Source of the DNA: Candidatus Hodarchaeota archaeon | Lineage (GTDB): Archaea; Asgardarchaeota; Lokiarchaeia; Sigyniarchaeales; SOKP01 | Assembly (NCBI GenBank): GCA_048886685.1 | Contig: JBHLKM010000005.1 | Span: 106,958 to 170,957, forward strand | Direction of reading: 5' to 3' | DNA: 64,000 nt | Shown here: positions 9,980-20,896 of the stretch, piece after piece | How positions within the stretch are numbered: the first letter of the stretch is position 1 | Layout of the letters: each line of letters begins with the position of its first letter | Program-made: the position numbers and the translations under genes | Notes under the pieces: generated by a model | Told to the model about the DNA's origin: nothing | The model's database searches: none | Seen by the model: the letters and a program-made list of their open reading frames with translations, nothing else

Positions 9980-10795
9980 TTATATTTTTGCTTGTTTTAA
10001 TAGAAAATCGGCTACAATCTTATGGCCTTCTTTAATGTAATTGAAATTGGGAGTACAATTAATATCTGTCAAAAAGAATTGGTCTTGTGATTTTAAAAAA
10101 TCTAGTGATGCTAATTTTAAATCCATTTCTTCCATCGCTTTATAACAATATTCTTCTAATTCAGGATCCCTATCAATCTCCCTTCTTGATTCCGTTTTAT
10201 TGGGATTAACTAAAATAGGTATCTGTTTATAGAAGTATATTTTTTCACCGATTCCATAAACCTTATATTCCCATTTGCTTTTAATAAATTTCTGATAATA
10301 AAGATAATTATATCTTGGATCAACTTTATCAACTTCATTCAAGGCTCTCTCATCAGCTACTTTCAATCGTCCATTCTCTTTATGAACTATAGGTTTAAAT
10401 TTATAATTTTTCTGGTCAATGATATTTTTTATAATATAATCCCTGAATGGTGGGATACTTCCTTTAGGATTCAATGAGAAGTCTGGTATTGGAATACCTA
10501 TCCTTCTTAAAACCACACTATTTAGAAACCTATTAATTGCTAACCAGTTTCCCCTATAAGAATTTACAACTGGGATATCAGTTACGGTTTCTATTAATTT
10601 TAGATAGGCTAATATCAGATCTCCTTTTCCTTTAACAAAAAATAAACTTTCATCAAAATCTATTTTAGAACCTTCTAAAAGAAATGTTTCTTCAGTGTAT
10701 AATTTTATTTTCGCTTTACTTTTTAAATATTTCAAAAATTCAGATACTTTATATTTTAAATGATATTTATCAATAATTATTCCTATTTTTTTCAA
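9980..10795 (-). CDS. ATP-grasp protein, ITPK1-like inositol phosphate kinase candidate
   Basis: YYQKFI...EYKVYGIG, LASLDFL...LTDINCTPNF (D-x-N). Confidence 0.75.
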   Translation of the reverse strand: MKKIGIIIDKYHLKYKVSEFLKYLKSKAKIKLYTEETFLLEGSKIDFDESLFFVKGKGDLILAYLKLIETVTDIPVVNSYRGNWLAINRFLNSVVLRRIGIPIPDFSLNPKGSIPPFRDYIIKNIIDQKNYKFKPIVHKENGRLKVADERALNEVDKVDPRYNYLYYQKFIKSKWEYKVYGIGEKIYFYKQIPILVNPNKTESRREIDRDPELEEYCYKAMEEMDLKLASLDFLKSQDQFFLTDINCTPNFNYIKEGHKIVADFLLKQAKI

Positions 10796-10952
10796 GAAGT
10801 TAACCTTTGAAGCTTTACTTAAGAAATAATCTATACTTTAATAAGTTATAAAATAAAAAAACAATATAAATTCGATTGATATTATTGATTATTCAATACA
10901 AACTTGAAAAAAATTCACTGTAATATGAAATTCAAATATATAAAGTAGAATT

Positions 10953-11945
10953 ATGATATTAAAACTCCAGTTTTCAATCAATATATTTAAATACCATAAT
11001 TTATTCATAAAATATCAAAATAATAGGGTTTTTATTATGTCAAATAAGCTCAATAGAAGTTATATTGGCGCAATTTGTAATCGTGATCTTGAAATTCTAC
11101 AAGAGATCAAGAAATTTTGTAATAAAAACTATAATATTTCTATAGTAAACCTTATTAAGCCGGGTTCTGATAATTTTAATGTTAAATATTTTAAGAAAAA
11201 GTTAAAGAAATATCCTATTTCATTAATTATTTTAAAATTATTGTCTGAAGCATCAAATCAAGTAATTTATGAAGCCATAAACAAATTTGCTCCCGATATT
11301 CCTTTATTAAATAGCCAAAATTCAGTTAAAACTTGTGAAAGCAGAATTGAAACTTTTGATTATATCAATCAAAAATGTAAAAAGTTGAATATTCCGCAAA
11401 TTTATCATACTTTTAATGAAGCATATAAAGCATGCGATCAAGGAAAAGACATTATTATTAAATTAGATACCCATAATATACCTTCTCTTCCTAAAAATGA
11501 TAGAATCCTTGGAGTTGCTAGAAACTTGGACCAATTTAAGAAGATAACAGCAGAATTCAAAAGTAATAACTTATTTTTTCAAGAATACCTAGGTGAATTT
11601 GATATAATATACAAAATATATGTAATTGATCGATGGGCTGTTTCTATAACTTCTTATAATCGTTTACATGATATATCAGACTTATCTCCTCTAGAGCTTA
11701 TACATATCAGAGTACCAATAGAAAAACAACTGAAACGAAGGTTATTAAGATTAGGTAGAAAATTAGGTATGGCAATTTTTGGTATAGATTACATTTTAAC
11801 TGAAGAAGGAATACCCTATATAGTGGATGTAAATGATTTTCCAAGTTTTAGAAGTATCCCTGAAGCAGTGAGTCTAATTTCAGATTATATATATAACATG
11901 GTTAATCTTAGACAGCAATATCTTAAAGCTCCAGTTAAGGTTTAG
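10953..11945 (+). CDS. ITPK1-like inositol phosphate kinase (ATP-grasp); true start may be the downstream Met (MSNKL)
   Basis: FFQEYL...IYKIYVI, IFGIDYI...YIVDVNDFPSF, matching the ITPK1 FGxD...DxNxFP signature; adjacent to inositol-1-phosphate synthase. Confidence 0.8.
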   Translation: MILKLQFSINIFKYHNLFIKYQNNRVFIMSNKLNRSYIGAICNRDLEILQEIKKFCNKNYNISIVNLIKPGSDNFNVKYFKKKLKKYPISLIILKLLSEASNQVIYEAINKFAPDIPLLNSQNSVKTCESRIETFDYINQKCKKLNIPQIYHTFNEAYKACDQGKDIIIKLDTHNIPSLPKNDRILGVARNLDQFKKITAEFKSNNLFFQEYLGEFDIIYKIYVIDRWAVSITSYNRLHDISDLSPLELIHIRVPIEKQLKRRLLRLGRKLGMAIFGIDYILTEEGIPYIVDVNDFPSFRSIPEAVSLISDYIYNMVNLRQQYLKAPVKV

Positions 11946-11974
11946 AATCAAAGAAATTATTTTCTTTCTTTAGA

Positions 11975-13069
11975 TTACTGATTCCTTTTATTTTCGATAA
12001 ATTCAATAAGTCTTTTTTTCGCAATATAATCATCTAGTTGTTCTGGAGGATGTTTCGTAAAAAAAGAGCAAGCTGAATGAAGTATCCCCCCGATTTTTCT
12101 GTCTTTAGCAATTTTGCTAATCCTGATACAGTCAGCTATTATTCCTGCTGAATTGTTACCATCTTCTACAAACATCGTTACATCTATCCGTACAGGAGCA
12201 CCGCCAAAGATTCTGCCCTCAAGTCTCATATATGCTTCTTTTTGATTTTTTAAAAATGGAATGTAATCAACAGCAGAGATTTTACATTCCACATCATCTT
12301 TATTTTGGAGGTTTGCTATTACTGCCTCTGTTTTTGATTGTCTTTTTCCTTGTTCGTATCTTAGTTCCCCATTGGGCATAGGAGAAAGCAAATTACAGAA
12401 ATCACTACATCCCCCCCAGTCTAATTGGATTGTTCTATCTAATATTGCCCCTCTCATTGGAAATAGATTAGCTAAGGACCTATGGATTATTGTTGCTCCA
12501 ATCTGAGATTTTACATCATCTCCAATTAAAGATAAATTTAATTCTTCTGCTTTTTTTACAATATCAGGATCTTTAGCAACGAGAGAAGGCATTCCATTTA
12601 CCACACATGATCCTGCTTCAAGTGCACTCATAGCATAAAATTTAACTGCCTTATGTGCTCCTGTAGGAAGCAAAATAATGGTAACATCAACATTTTTATT
12701 CTGTATTTCTTTAGCAATATCTGCGGGTTTCTGATTTTCATCAATTGGTATTATATTTTTAATGTTGCTATCTAATCCATCCATTACAGGGCCTTTAATC
12801 ACAGGAGCATTCATGAATTCTGGTTCAAAAAGTTTCATATTACAGTTAGGGCTAATAAAAATCGCTTCACTTAAATCTTTTCCAACCTTATTAGCATTCA
12901 CGTCTATCCCAAGGACAAAATTAATATCATTGATGCTATACTGGGTAATTTCTGGTAATATCCCGATAATTTTTGCGGAGTTATTTTTGTAGTTTTGAAT
13001 TCCTTGCACAAGAGCCGACGAAACATCACCCAATCCTACTATGGCAACATTGATTATTTTATCCTCCAT
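11975..13069 (-). CDS. ino1: myo-inositol-1-phosphate synthase
   Basis: VAIVGLG...SALVQG, KVGKDLSEAI, IGDDVKSQIGATIIHR, DFCNL, SKTEAV, EDGNNSAG. Confidence 0.92.
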   Translation of the reverse strand: MEDKIINVAIVGLGDVSSALVQGIQNYKNNSAKIIGILPEITQYSINDINFVLGIDVNANKVGKDLSEAIFISPNCNMKLFEPEFMNAPVIKGPVMDGLDSNIKNIIPIDENQKPADIAKEIQNKNVDVTIILLPTGAHKAVKFYAMSALEAGSCVVNGMPSLVAKDPDIVKKAEELNLSLIGDDVKSQIGATIIHRSLANLFPMRGAILDRTIQLDWGGCSDFCNLLSPMPNGELRYEQGKRQSKTEAVIANLQNKDDVECKISAVDYIPFLKNQKEAYMRLEGRIFGGAPVRIDVTMFVEDGNNSAGIIADCIRISKIAKDRKIGGILHSACSFFTKHPPEQLDDYIAKKRLIEFIENKRNQ

Positions 13070-13319
13070 ATTATTGATTATATAAAATTATTATATTTAA
13101 ATCATTTTAATATAATATGTTGGATTTTCGTAAGAATTCTTCTTAAAACTTACATTTAAGTGATTTAGATGAAAATAAAAAGCAATATCTTGAACATATT
13201 CCTCTTATTTAATGTCAACTTTATGCTGGCCTTAGTAATTAGATATTTGTAATTACCTTAGTTTTAATTTTTGCAATCCAATTATATTTTTTCTAATCAG
13301 CAGAAAATTTGCAAACTAG

Positions 13320-14260
13320 TTATTCCTTTTTTGATGTCTCTTTTACTCTAAGAAAAATAGGAATGGAACCCATGAAAAAAATGGGTGCAAAGATAAATAT
13401 GAAAGACTCTGGTATGAATCCCGCGATTATAAAATATGTTGCTACAAAACCCCCTATAAAAGCCCCAATAATCTGTGGTAATGTATATATTATATTCAAC
13501 AGACCAAAAAATTTACCCCGTGAATCCTCAGGAATTAAGTCCTGAGACCAAGTATTCATAGGAGTATCAAGGCCTAAAATTATGATGAGTAAAAAGGGTA
13601 ATATTACGTAGAATAAAATTAAATTTATCTGATCGTTTACTTTTATGAAAGGTATTAGAAATAACATTGTTGAAGTTATCATAATTGAAATAGGTATGAA
13701 CTTTTTGCGCCCATGTTTGTCAGAAAGTCTTCCTAATAAATTAATAACAATTATTAGGACTGGAAATGAAATGACTATTCCAATAAGCAATTCTACCGTG
13801 GATAAACCTAAAGCAAATATGTAAATAAAAAGAAAAGGCATAATAATTCCAGAACCTGTCTTATAAATCGTAAGAGCTAAAACAATTTTAAAGAAATCTT
13901 TATGAGTTTTTAATTGTTCTAAATTGACAATTTCTTTTATTTCAACTATAAATTTCTTCTTCGGTGGTAACTCTAAAGCTTTTTTTTCTTTAATGAAAAA
14001 AAACCTAATAATCCTGTGATTAAAAAAGCTGTTCCTCCTATTGTATGAATAAATATATGACCTTCTTTTCCGATAACTGTTTCACCTCCACTTTCTTGTC
14101 CAAAAATGAGATCAGCAACTAAGAAGGCTGCAATAGCAAGCAATTAACCAACGTTTAAAATTGAATTTACGATGCCATTTGCAAGACCTCTTCTTTCTAA
14201 TTCTACTGTATCAGGTATTAGAGATCTCTAAGATACATAATAAACATTAGAAGTAAAACT
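13320..14260 (-). pseudogene. Degraded MFS transporter
   Basis: The C-terminal ORF has MFS motifs (GRLSDKHGRKK, DLIPEDSRGK). The upstream MFS-like sequence (SLIPDTVELERRGLANG) is in another frame, with a frameshift at the A8 run 13996-14003 and in-frame stops at 14144-14146 and 14228-14230. The N-terminus is missing and the 5' boundary is approximate. Confidence 0.8.
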
Positions 14261-14394
14261 TAATCAAATTCACTACAATTTATTTTGAAATGCTATATTT
14301 GATATTATTTCAATTTTATACTATTTAAGTTTAGAATTTCTCTTTTTTGTAAATATTAATGTTTAAAACAAATAGGTAATTTTTTATTGAATAT

Positions 14395-15288
14395 ATGGTT
14401 AAAAAAATAGTTTTTTCTGCAAGACAAGATCACGAAGTTATTTCGTACTTAATTTATAATTTAAAACAAATAGAAGATTTTGAAATAATACTTCATGATC
14501 CACAAAAAGAATTCTTTTGTCTTTCTGAAATGCCAACTTCATTCAAAGAAGCAGACTTAATCATAGTAAAAGTAAGGAATGAATGCTCCATTGACTTACT
14601 GCATTTCGCTAAGCTTTATAATATCCCAACTCTTCATGACATTGACACAATTTTAATGTGTAAAAATAAAATTGCTCTTGATTACGCCTTAAGGAAAGTA
14701 TTGGAAATGTATTCTGAAGAACTAGATAAATTCTTATTACCTAAATCTTGGAGCAATTCTTTAAAGGATATAAATAAATTTAAGAAATGGGCATCACCTA
14801 AATTACCAATAGTTATTAAAAGTCATTATCAACATGACAAATATAACCGTTTTAATTTCTTAGTTCAAAAAGTAAAGGAAATAGATAAGTTTTGTGAAAT
14901 GTATAACCAATTCCTATATTATGATGTGTACATCCAAGAATTCATCGAATGTGACGGTTTTGAGCGAAAAGTATATGTAATTGGTGATGAGGTGTTTGGC
15001 ATTAAAAGAGAAAATCCTATTTATATCTACTTAAGAGAAAAACCAAATAGTATTGACGTAGATTTGATTGAACGTGAAGAATTTAAAATTACAGAACATA
15101 TAAGAAATCTCTCGAAAATATTATCAAGGGAATTAAAGCTTAAAATTTTTGGTTTTGACTTAGTTAAGCCTGTTGATCAAGATAAATTATACCTTATTGA
15201 TTTGAATGATTTTCCGAGTTTTAAAGGGGTTCCTAATATCGAAAATACGTTAAGCAAATTTATAAAAGACTATATTCTAGCTCTCTAA
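14395..15288 (+). CDS. ITPK1-like inositol phosphate kinase (ATP-grasp)
   Basis: LPIVIKS, IQEFIECDGFERKVYVIG, IFGFDLV...YLIDLNDFPSF. Confidence 0.8.
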   Translation: MVKKIVFSARQDHEVISYLIYNLKQIEDFEIILHDPQKEFFCLSEMPTSFKEADLIIVKVRNECSIDLLHFAKLYNIPTLHDIDTILMCKNKIALDYALRKVLEMYSEELDKFLLPKSWSNSLKDINKFKKWASPKLPIVIKSHYQHDKYNRFNFLVQKVKEIDKFCEMYNQFLYYDVYIQEFIECDGFERKVYVIGDEVFGIKRENPIYIYLREKPNSIDVDLIEREEFKITEHIRNLSKILSRELKLKIFGFDLVKPVDQDKLYLIDLNDFPSFKGVPNIENTLSKFIKDYILAL

Positions 15289-16130
15289 GAGAATATTATA
15301 AAAGGAATGATAATAATGTAAGCAACCAACCCATATGCAACACAAAAATATCCAAAATTAATTTTTTTGGCTATTCTAAGTAATAATTCTATTGTCAGAT
15401 ATCCTATAATAAAACTAATTGAAGTCGCTATAATAATAGTAATTAAAGCTAAAGAACCAAATATTGAGCCTTCGCCAAATAAAATGTCTACAATAATAGA
15501 AGCGATAACAACTGGAACAGACATTAAGAAACTTAACCTAAGAGCATCATTTTGTTCATGTTTTTCTATCAGTATCGTTGAAACAGTAACTCCTGAACGA
15601 GAAATTCCTGGTAATATTGAAAAACCTTGAACAAGCCCTGATATAAAACTCTCTTTTCTTACTTTATCTCGAGAGACATTTGTTATTTGTTTGTTGCCAT
15701 AAATCTTCCTAGTCTTAATTAATATTATGCCAGTTAATAATAATAATCCTGAGATAAAAAGAGTAATTAAGTCTCCTTGAATGGCTTTAAAAGCATCTAA
15801 AAATATAAGTTTGAAAATAAAATAAAGAGGTAGAGCGGTAATAGCAGTTCCAATCGTTGCATAAATTATCCAATTCCTGTTCTTAATATCACTCTCCTCT
15901 ACATCAGACTCCTTCTGAATTATTGTTTTAATTATTCTAACATAATCTCCTCTAAATTTTATTAGAACTGCTATAGCTGTACCAAAATGTAACCATATCG
16001 CAAGACTGAAAGCATTCTTATCAGAAATCCCAAAAAAATTAGTGGATACAATCATAACTTGACCTGATGACGAAATAGGAAGCCATTCGAATATTCCTTG
16101 GATTAAAGCAATGATGATATATTCAATCAT
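15285..16130 (-). CDS. uppP: Polyprenyl (undecaprenyl)-diphosphate phosphatase, BacA family
   Basis: IQGIFEWLPISSSG, HFGT, PGISRSGVT, SFLMSVP. Confidence 0.92.
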   Translation of the reverse strand: MIEYIIIALIQGIFEWLPISSSGQVMIVSTNFFGISDKNAFSLAIWLHFGTAIAVLIKFRGDYVRIIKTIIQKESDVEESDIKNRNWIIYATIGTAITALPLYFIFKLIFLDAFKAIQGDLITLFISGLLLLTGIILIKTRKIYGNKQITNVSRDKVRKESFISGLVQGFSILPGISRSGVTVSTILIEKHEQNDALRLSFLMSVPVVIASIIVDILFGEGSIFGSLALITIIIATSISFIIGYLTIELLLRIAKKINFGYFCVAYGLVAYIIIIPFIIFS

Positions 16131-16133
16131 TTT

Positions 16134-16634
16134 CTAAAACGAATATTTTTTTAATCCATCCATTAAGCACTCAATAATTTCATCTCTAACCTTCTTAAAG
16201 ATCTCTTCTTTCATACTTGGATCTTCAATATCTCCAGATTTTCCACCGAATTCTTTAATTGTATAGATTTCCTTATGATCAATACCAATAAATTCATGAA
16301 TTTCTTTTTTGTGTTTTTCTGTTAACGTTAGAATAAGATCTGCTTTCTTTATTAACTCTGGACGCTTTTTCAAGTCAATAGATACTGAAATATCTGAAAG
16401 TTTAATTCCAATTTCTTCCATAACTAATTTTGCATCCATCGAGATAAGCATTCCGTCTCTAGCATGAGAAGAAATTCCTCCTGAATAAACTTCGATATCA
16501 AGATTATTTTTTGAGAAGAAATCTTTTAAATAACCCTCAGCTATCCTACTTCTAGCAGTATTAACACTACATACGAGTAAAATTGATTTATAAGGAAATT
16601 TTAGTACCATTAATAGAACTAAAAGTAAGATCAA
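16134..16634 (-). CDS. Low-molecular-weight protein tyrosine phosphatase / ArsC-like; true start probably MVLKFP
   Basis: CX5R loop VCSVNTARS, ADLILTL, DIEDP. Confidence 0.85.
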   Translation of the reverse strand: MILLLVLLMVLKFPYKSILLVCSVNTARSRIAEGYLKDFFSKNNLDIEVYSGGISSHARDGMLISMDAKLVMEEIGIKLSDISVSIDLKKRPELIKKADLILTLTEKHKKEIHEFIGIDHKEIYTIKEFGGKSGDIEDPSMKEEIFKKVRDEIIECLMDGLKKYSF

Positions 16635-16650
16635 AAATAATCTTTATTAT

Positions 16651-17337
16651 TTATATGAGACTCTCTTTGGATACAAATTTAATACCCCTCTTTATCATGT
16701 TTTCTAAGGCTCTTTTTATGCTCCCTTCCGGCAAATCAACACCTCTCGTCAATTTAACTAATAAATAAACGTCAAAACCAAAATCCAATCCATCCATTGC
16801 TGTAAAATAACAACAATAATCTAATGCTAATCCACATATGAAAATCCGATTAATGTTTTCTGAATTCAAATACTCTCTTAGACCTGTTTCTGATCTTCTA
16901 TCGTTATCTTGAAAACCAGAATAACTATCTACATTTGGATTCATTCCTTTTCTAATTATTTTATTTCCCAAACTTATTTTTAAATCTTTATGGAATTCAG
17001 CACCTTTAGTATTTTGAACACAATGATCTGGCCATAATACAGGGCCAATAGCACCATCTTCAGATGTGAATTCATCGCCAGGATTCTTACCTTGATGATT
17101 ACTTGCGAAAGATTTATGATTCTGTGGATGCCAGTCTTGAGTAAAGACAACTAACCCTTTATTTTTTTTAAATTTTTTGCCAACTTTGTTTATATCTTTT
17201 GTAATAAGATCTCCTTCTTCGACTGCTAATGATCCGCCAGGGATAAAATCGTTTTGCATATCAACAATTATGAGTGCATCTTTCTCGTCAATACTTATAT
17301 TTTTTTCATATTTTAGATTTTCCATCGAGTTAATCAC
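16651..17337 (-). CDS. pncA: Nicotinamidase/pyrazinamidase
   Basis: VDMQNDFIPGGSL, TQDWHP, WPDHCVQ, RKG...DSYSGF, GLALDYCC. Confidence 0.93.
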   Translation of the reverse strand: MINSMENLKYEKNISIDEKDALIIVDMQNDFIPGGSLAVEEGDLITKDINKVGKKFKKNKGLVVFTQDWHPQNHKSFASNHQGKNPGDEFTSEDGAIGPVLWPDHCVQNTKGAEFHKDLKISLGNKIIRKGMNPNVDSYSGFQDNDRRSETGLREYLNSENINRIFICGLALDYCCYFTAMDGLDFGFDVYLLVKLTRGVDLPEGSIKRALENMIKRGIKFVSKESLI

Positions 17338-17361
17338 TAATTTTATTAATATTAATGTAAA

Positions 17362-18033
17362 TTATATCTTTTTACGTAATATATAAATCGAAATAAATAA
17401 AAACCAAATGAGGATTGAAAACATGACAACCCATTCATATAAAGGCATGATAGTATATACACTTCTCCCAAATGAGCCACAAATTTCTGGAAAAGCCTGA
17501 CAAAAATTGGTGATGAAAAATGGTATAAGGAAAGAGCCAAATATACCAGCTATCACAAAACTAAAATTAGATACTGATTTAGTATATTTTGAACTTTTTA
17601 ACATTAAAAAACCAAAAAGTATACAATCTACAAGTCCCCCAATCCAACTTAAAAGAGCGAATAAACCATGCAAATCACTAAATTTTCCTCCCGATACAGC
17701 TCCAGTTAATACAGCGATTACTGAAGTTATAATTCCAGCACCTATTGCAATTTTTCTCACGTTTTCATTCACAATTTCGTCTTTTAAAGATCTCCCAACA
17801 TAGACAATAAAAGGTATTGCAATTGTATTCGAAATTATTAATCCACTTCTTGAAAATATTCCTCCAGGATGGTGTCCTAACACACTTATTGATTTCTTCC
17901 ACATCACATAATCTGGAGATAACAAAAGGGCTATAATAAAACCAAAAAAGCCAACTATAAATGTTATCAACCCAAAGACATAACTTGGTATAACCTTGAA
18001 TAGATTGTCGAAGAATTCATTTATACTTTTCAT
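17362..18033 (-). CDS. DUF998-like membrane protein
   Basis: PDY...SISVLG motif, LHG in a TM segment, YEW near the C-terminus, about 5-6 TM. Confidence 0.65.
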   Translation of the reverse strand: MKSINEFFDNLFKVIPSYVFGLITFIVGFFGFIIALLLSPDYVMWKKSISVLGHHPGGIFSRSGLIISNTIAIPFIVYVGRSLKDEIVNENVRKIAIGAGIITSVIAVLTGAVSGGKFSDLHGLFALLSWIGGLVDCILFGFLMLKSSKYTKSVSNFSFVIAGIFGSFLIPFFITNFCQAFPEICGSFGRSVYTIMPLYEWVVMFSILIWFLFISIYILRKKI

Positions 18034-18118
18034 AATATTCTGTCAACCTTTTATTCTTAATAAAAATTTCCATATTTAATTAAAAATCAAACTCAAAAAG
18101 AATATCATCTTTTTAGAT

Positions 18119-18769
18119 TTAGATTTTATTATATATCATATAAAGAGAAACGATTAAATACCAGAGGATCACTAAAATTGTATTTATCCATTCAAGTGAG
18201 GGTAGGATTATCATTAGATACCTCAAAGTTGGTAAAAGGTGTAAATAAAATAGAATCATTAATAAAATTAGAGTAAATGAGACCAAAAAACCGAAATATG
18301 CGAGGATTTTTTGATATTTGGAATCTTTAAGGAGTAGAATATTGAAAAATGTGATATAAAATAATCCTGTTTGCCAACTTATCATAGCAAAGACACCATG
18401 TATTAGGGCAATAATAGGATTGGATCCACAAAATGCTCCTAAAATGATAAAACTTATACATGAAATAGACGCTAAAATTACAGTACTTTTTCTCATTTTT
18501 TCACTGATTTCTTCCTTATTAAAGGTACCCCCTAAATAGATTATAAATAAGAGAGCAAATGTTCCAGAAAAAACATTACCAATTTGAAAAAACAAGCCTC
18601 CAGGTCCCTTACACAATGAGCTTACTGCTTTTCTAGTAAAATTATATCCGGGATACATTAAATATGAGATTAAATCTCCTAAAAAACCAAATGTTATGGA
18701 TAATAATCCATAGAACGCTCCTGGAATGACACGATTAATTTTTTTGGCAATTAAATCAAATTTCTCCAT
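18119..18769 (-). CDS. DUF998-like membrane protein (tandem paralogue)
   Basis: PGYNF...AVSSLC...PGG, IHG, LEW; same layout as its neighbour. Confidence 0.65.
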   Translation of the reverse strand: MEKFDLIAKKINRVIPGAFYGLLSITFGFLGDLISYLMYPGYNFTRKAVSSLCKGPGGLFFQIGNVFSGTFALLFIIYLGGTFNKEEISEKMRKSTVILASISCISFIILGAFCGSNPIIALIHGVFAMISWQTGLFYITFFNILLLKDSKYQKILAYFGFLVSFTLILLMILFYLHLLPTLRYLMIILPSLEWINTILVILWYLIVSLYMIYNKI

Positions 18770-18923
18770 AATTGTCTATTTGAAATTGATACAGGAGGCT
18801 TTGTAATAATTTATTGGAATAATAATTATAAATTTAATTGCTATAATATAAAAACCATTTTATACTTCAGAGATTACAATTTTAAATCAATCAGAAAAAA
18901 TTAGGATTTTAGAATCGAAGAAA

Positions 18924-20465
18924 TTAAGGTTTAGGTAATTTCACTATAAAAGTCGAACCTTTATTTCGTCCACCTGATTCAACCAAAATCTTTCCATCAT
19001 GGAGTTCCACAATTTCTTTTGAAATATATAATCCAAGACCCGATCCCTCACTTTCAACATCAACACCCTTACCATAACGTTCGATTTGGCCAAACTTTTG
19101 AAATAAACTCTTCATTTCTTTTTTAGTTAACCCAATACCATTATCCTCTATAGAAATCTTTACCCAAGGATCGTTTTCATCTAGAATGATATGGATCTTG
19201 CCTTTAGGAGGAGTGTATTTAATAGCGTTTGAAAGTAGATTAGTAATTACTTGTTCAATCTTAATTCGATCAATTAATACATTCAATTCTTTAGGGTGTT
19301 CATAATCAATACTAATATCGCGTTTATCAGCCCAATATTGTAAATCGCCAATACATTCACCTATAATATTAACAATATTTTCATTTTGTAGATGTAAGTT
19401 TAATTTATTAGCTTCAATGTTTGATGCATCAAGCAGATTTTCGATTAATATCTTTAATTTTTGTCCTCCTCTATGAATCATCTCAACAAATTTTAAAGCA
19501 TCTTCTCCAATTTGTCCCTTTAAATTATTTAGAAGAAATTGAGAAGCAGCAGCTACAGAATTTAAGGGTGTTTTTAACTCATGTGAAGTTGTTGTTAGTA
19601 ATTCACTTTTAATTTGATTTATTTCTAGTAGTTTCTTATTCTCATCAATAATTAGTCTTTCTGCATTTTTGCGTTCTGTAATATCTCTTGAAATTGTAAG
19701 GACTTTTTGTTTACCCTCTTTATCAATAAACATTTTACCATTAGATTCTATAAGAATATAATGACCTAGTTTGTGTTTAATTCTTGCTTCAACAGAGCCT
19801 TCATCCTGTTCAAAACCATCTTTATATGGTTTTATAACTTTTTCACGATCATCCGGGTGTACAAATTCTATTCCATTTTTTCCAATTACTTCTTCAACAG
19901 TATAGCCTAGTAAATTCAAGAGAGGTTTTCTATTGGCATATTCAAACTGAAATTTATCGTTAAAAATTAGAATTAAATCATTAGCATTTTCCGCAATTAA
20001 ACTATGCATTTCTTCGGAATGTTTTAATTCTTTCTCGATTTTTATCTGGGCTGTAATATCTCTTATTGCTACAATAAACCTATCGTTCCCATTAGTTTTA
20101 AAATGTTTACCATTGGCTGATGCGAAAATTACATTTCCATTTTTATGTAATAACCTATATAATGGAACCGAAATCATTTTCTTAGTTTTATATGCGTTCT
20201 TTATTGCTTCTGCTATTTTTAAAACATCTTCATGATAAATATAATCAAGTGAGCTTTTGCCAACTAGTTCAGCAGGATGATAACCCATGATATCATAACA
20301 CTGAGGGCTAACATAAGTTACAATGGCTTTTAAATCAACTTCTAGTATGATGTCTGTAAGATTATTAATTAAGGTTCGATACTTTTCTTCCGATTCTTTT
20401 AACTTTTCTTCAGCTTCCTTTCGTTCATCCATTTTCATTGATTTAATTTCATCTTTTCGTGGCAT
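18924..20465 (-). CDS. Cytoplasmic PAS-PAS sensor histidine kinase
   Basis: Two PAS/PAC units ending RDIT, H-box SHELKTPL, NLLSNAIKYT, DNGIG, GSGLGL; no TM segment. Confidence 0.93.
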   Translation of the reverse strand: MPRKDEIKSMKMDERKEAEEKLKESEEKYRTLINNLTDIILEVDLKAIVTYVSPQCYDIMGYHPAELVGKSSLDYIYHEDVLKIAEAIKNAYKTKKMISVPLYRLLHKNGNVIFASANGKHFKTNGNDRFIVAIRDITAQIKIEKELKHSEEMHSLIAENANDLILIFNDKFQFEYANRKPLLNLLGYTVEEVIGKNGIEFVHPDDREKVIKPYKDGFEQDEGSVEARIKHKLGHYILIESNGKMFIDKEGKQKVLTISRDITERKNAERLIIDENKKLLEINQIKSELLTTTSHELKTPLNSVAAASQFLLNNLKGQIGEDALKFVEMIHRGGQKLKILIENLLDASNIEANKLNLHLQNENIVNIIGECIGDLQYWADKRDISIDYEHPKELNVLIDRIKIEQVITNLLSNAIKYTPPKGKIHIILDENDPWVKISIEDNGIGLTKKEMKSLFQKFGQIERYGKGVDVESEGSGLGLYISKEIVELHDGKILVESGGRNKGSTFIVKLPKP

Positions 20466-20896
20466 AAAATCACTTTTTTTTCCTAAAATAGAGATTTTCT
20501 TTTAGATTTAATTAACTATTTTCCTAGGATCTTTGATTGGTGTGGATGAGGTAATTTAGAAGCTGTTTTATATGGTTTCTAAAGAACTTTAGAATGATTG
20601 TTTTCTTATTACACTCCTACATTTTTAATAGTTTTATTCGTTTTAATCTTGATGAGAATGATATTTGTTCTATGATTTGAAACGTACTTACTTTTTTTCT
20701 AAGTCTAATTGACATTTTTTTAAGAATTTTTTCAATGGGAAAGAGGTGGGAGAGGGATTAAGGTTTTAAATCAAATAGTTATTTGGAAATACTTTGAAAT
20801 ACCACAATGTTCTGAATAGTTATTTATTTCTGTCATATCAAAAAGATTTAATTAATAATTCTAATTATAATAAAATATGCTTATAGTATAATTTTA

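Noticed and set aside
14144-14230. Stop-codon readthrough (pyrrolysine or recoding) in the MFS remnant
   Set aside because: The stops are of two types (TAA and TAG) and come with a frameshift and truncation, which fits decay
9174-15288. Reading the ATP-grasp genes as a RimK-type peptide ligase or RiPP cluster
   Set aside because: No precursor peptide is visible, and the D-x-N-x-FP motif plus adjacency to ino1 favour ITPK1-like kinases
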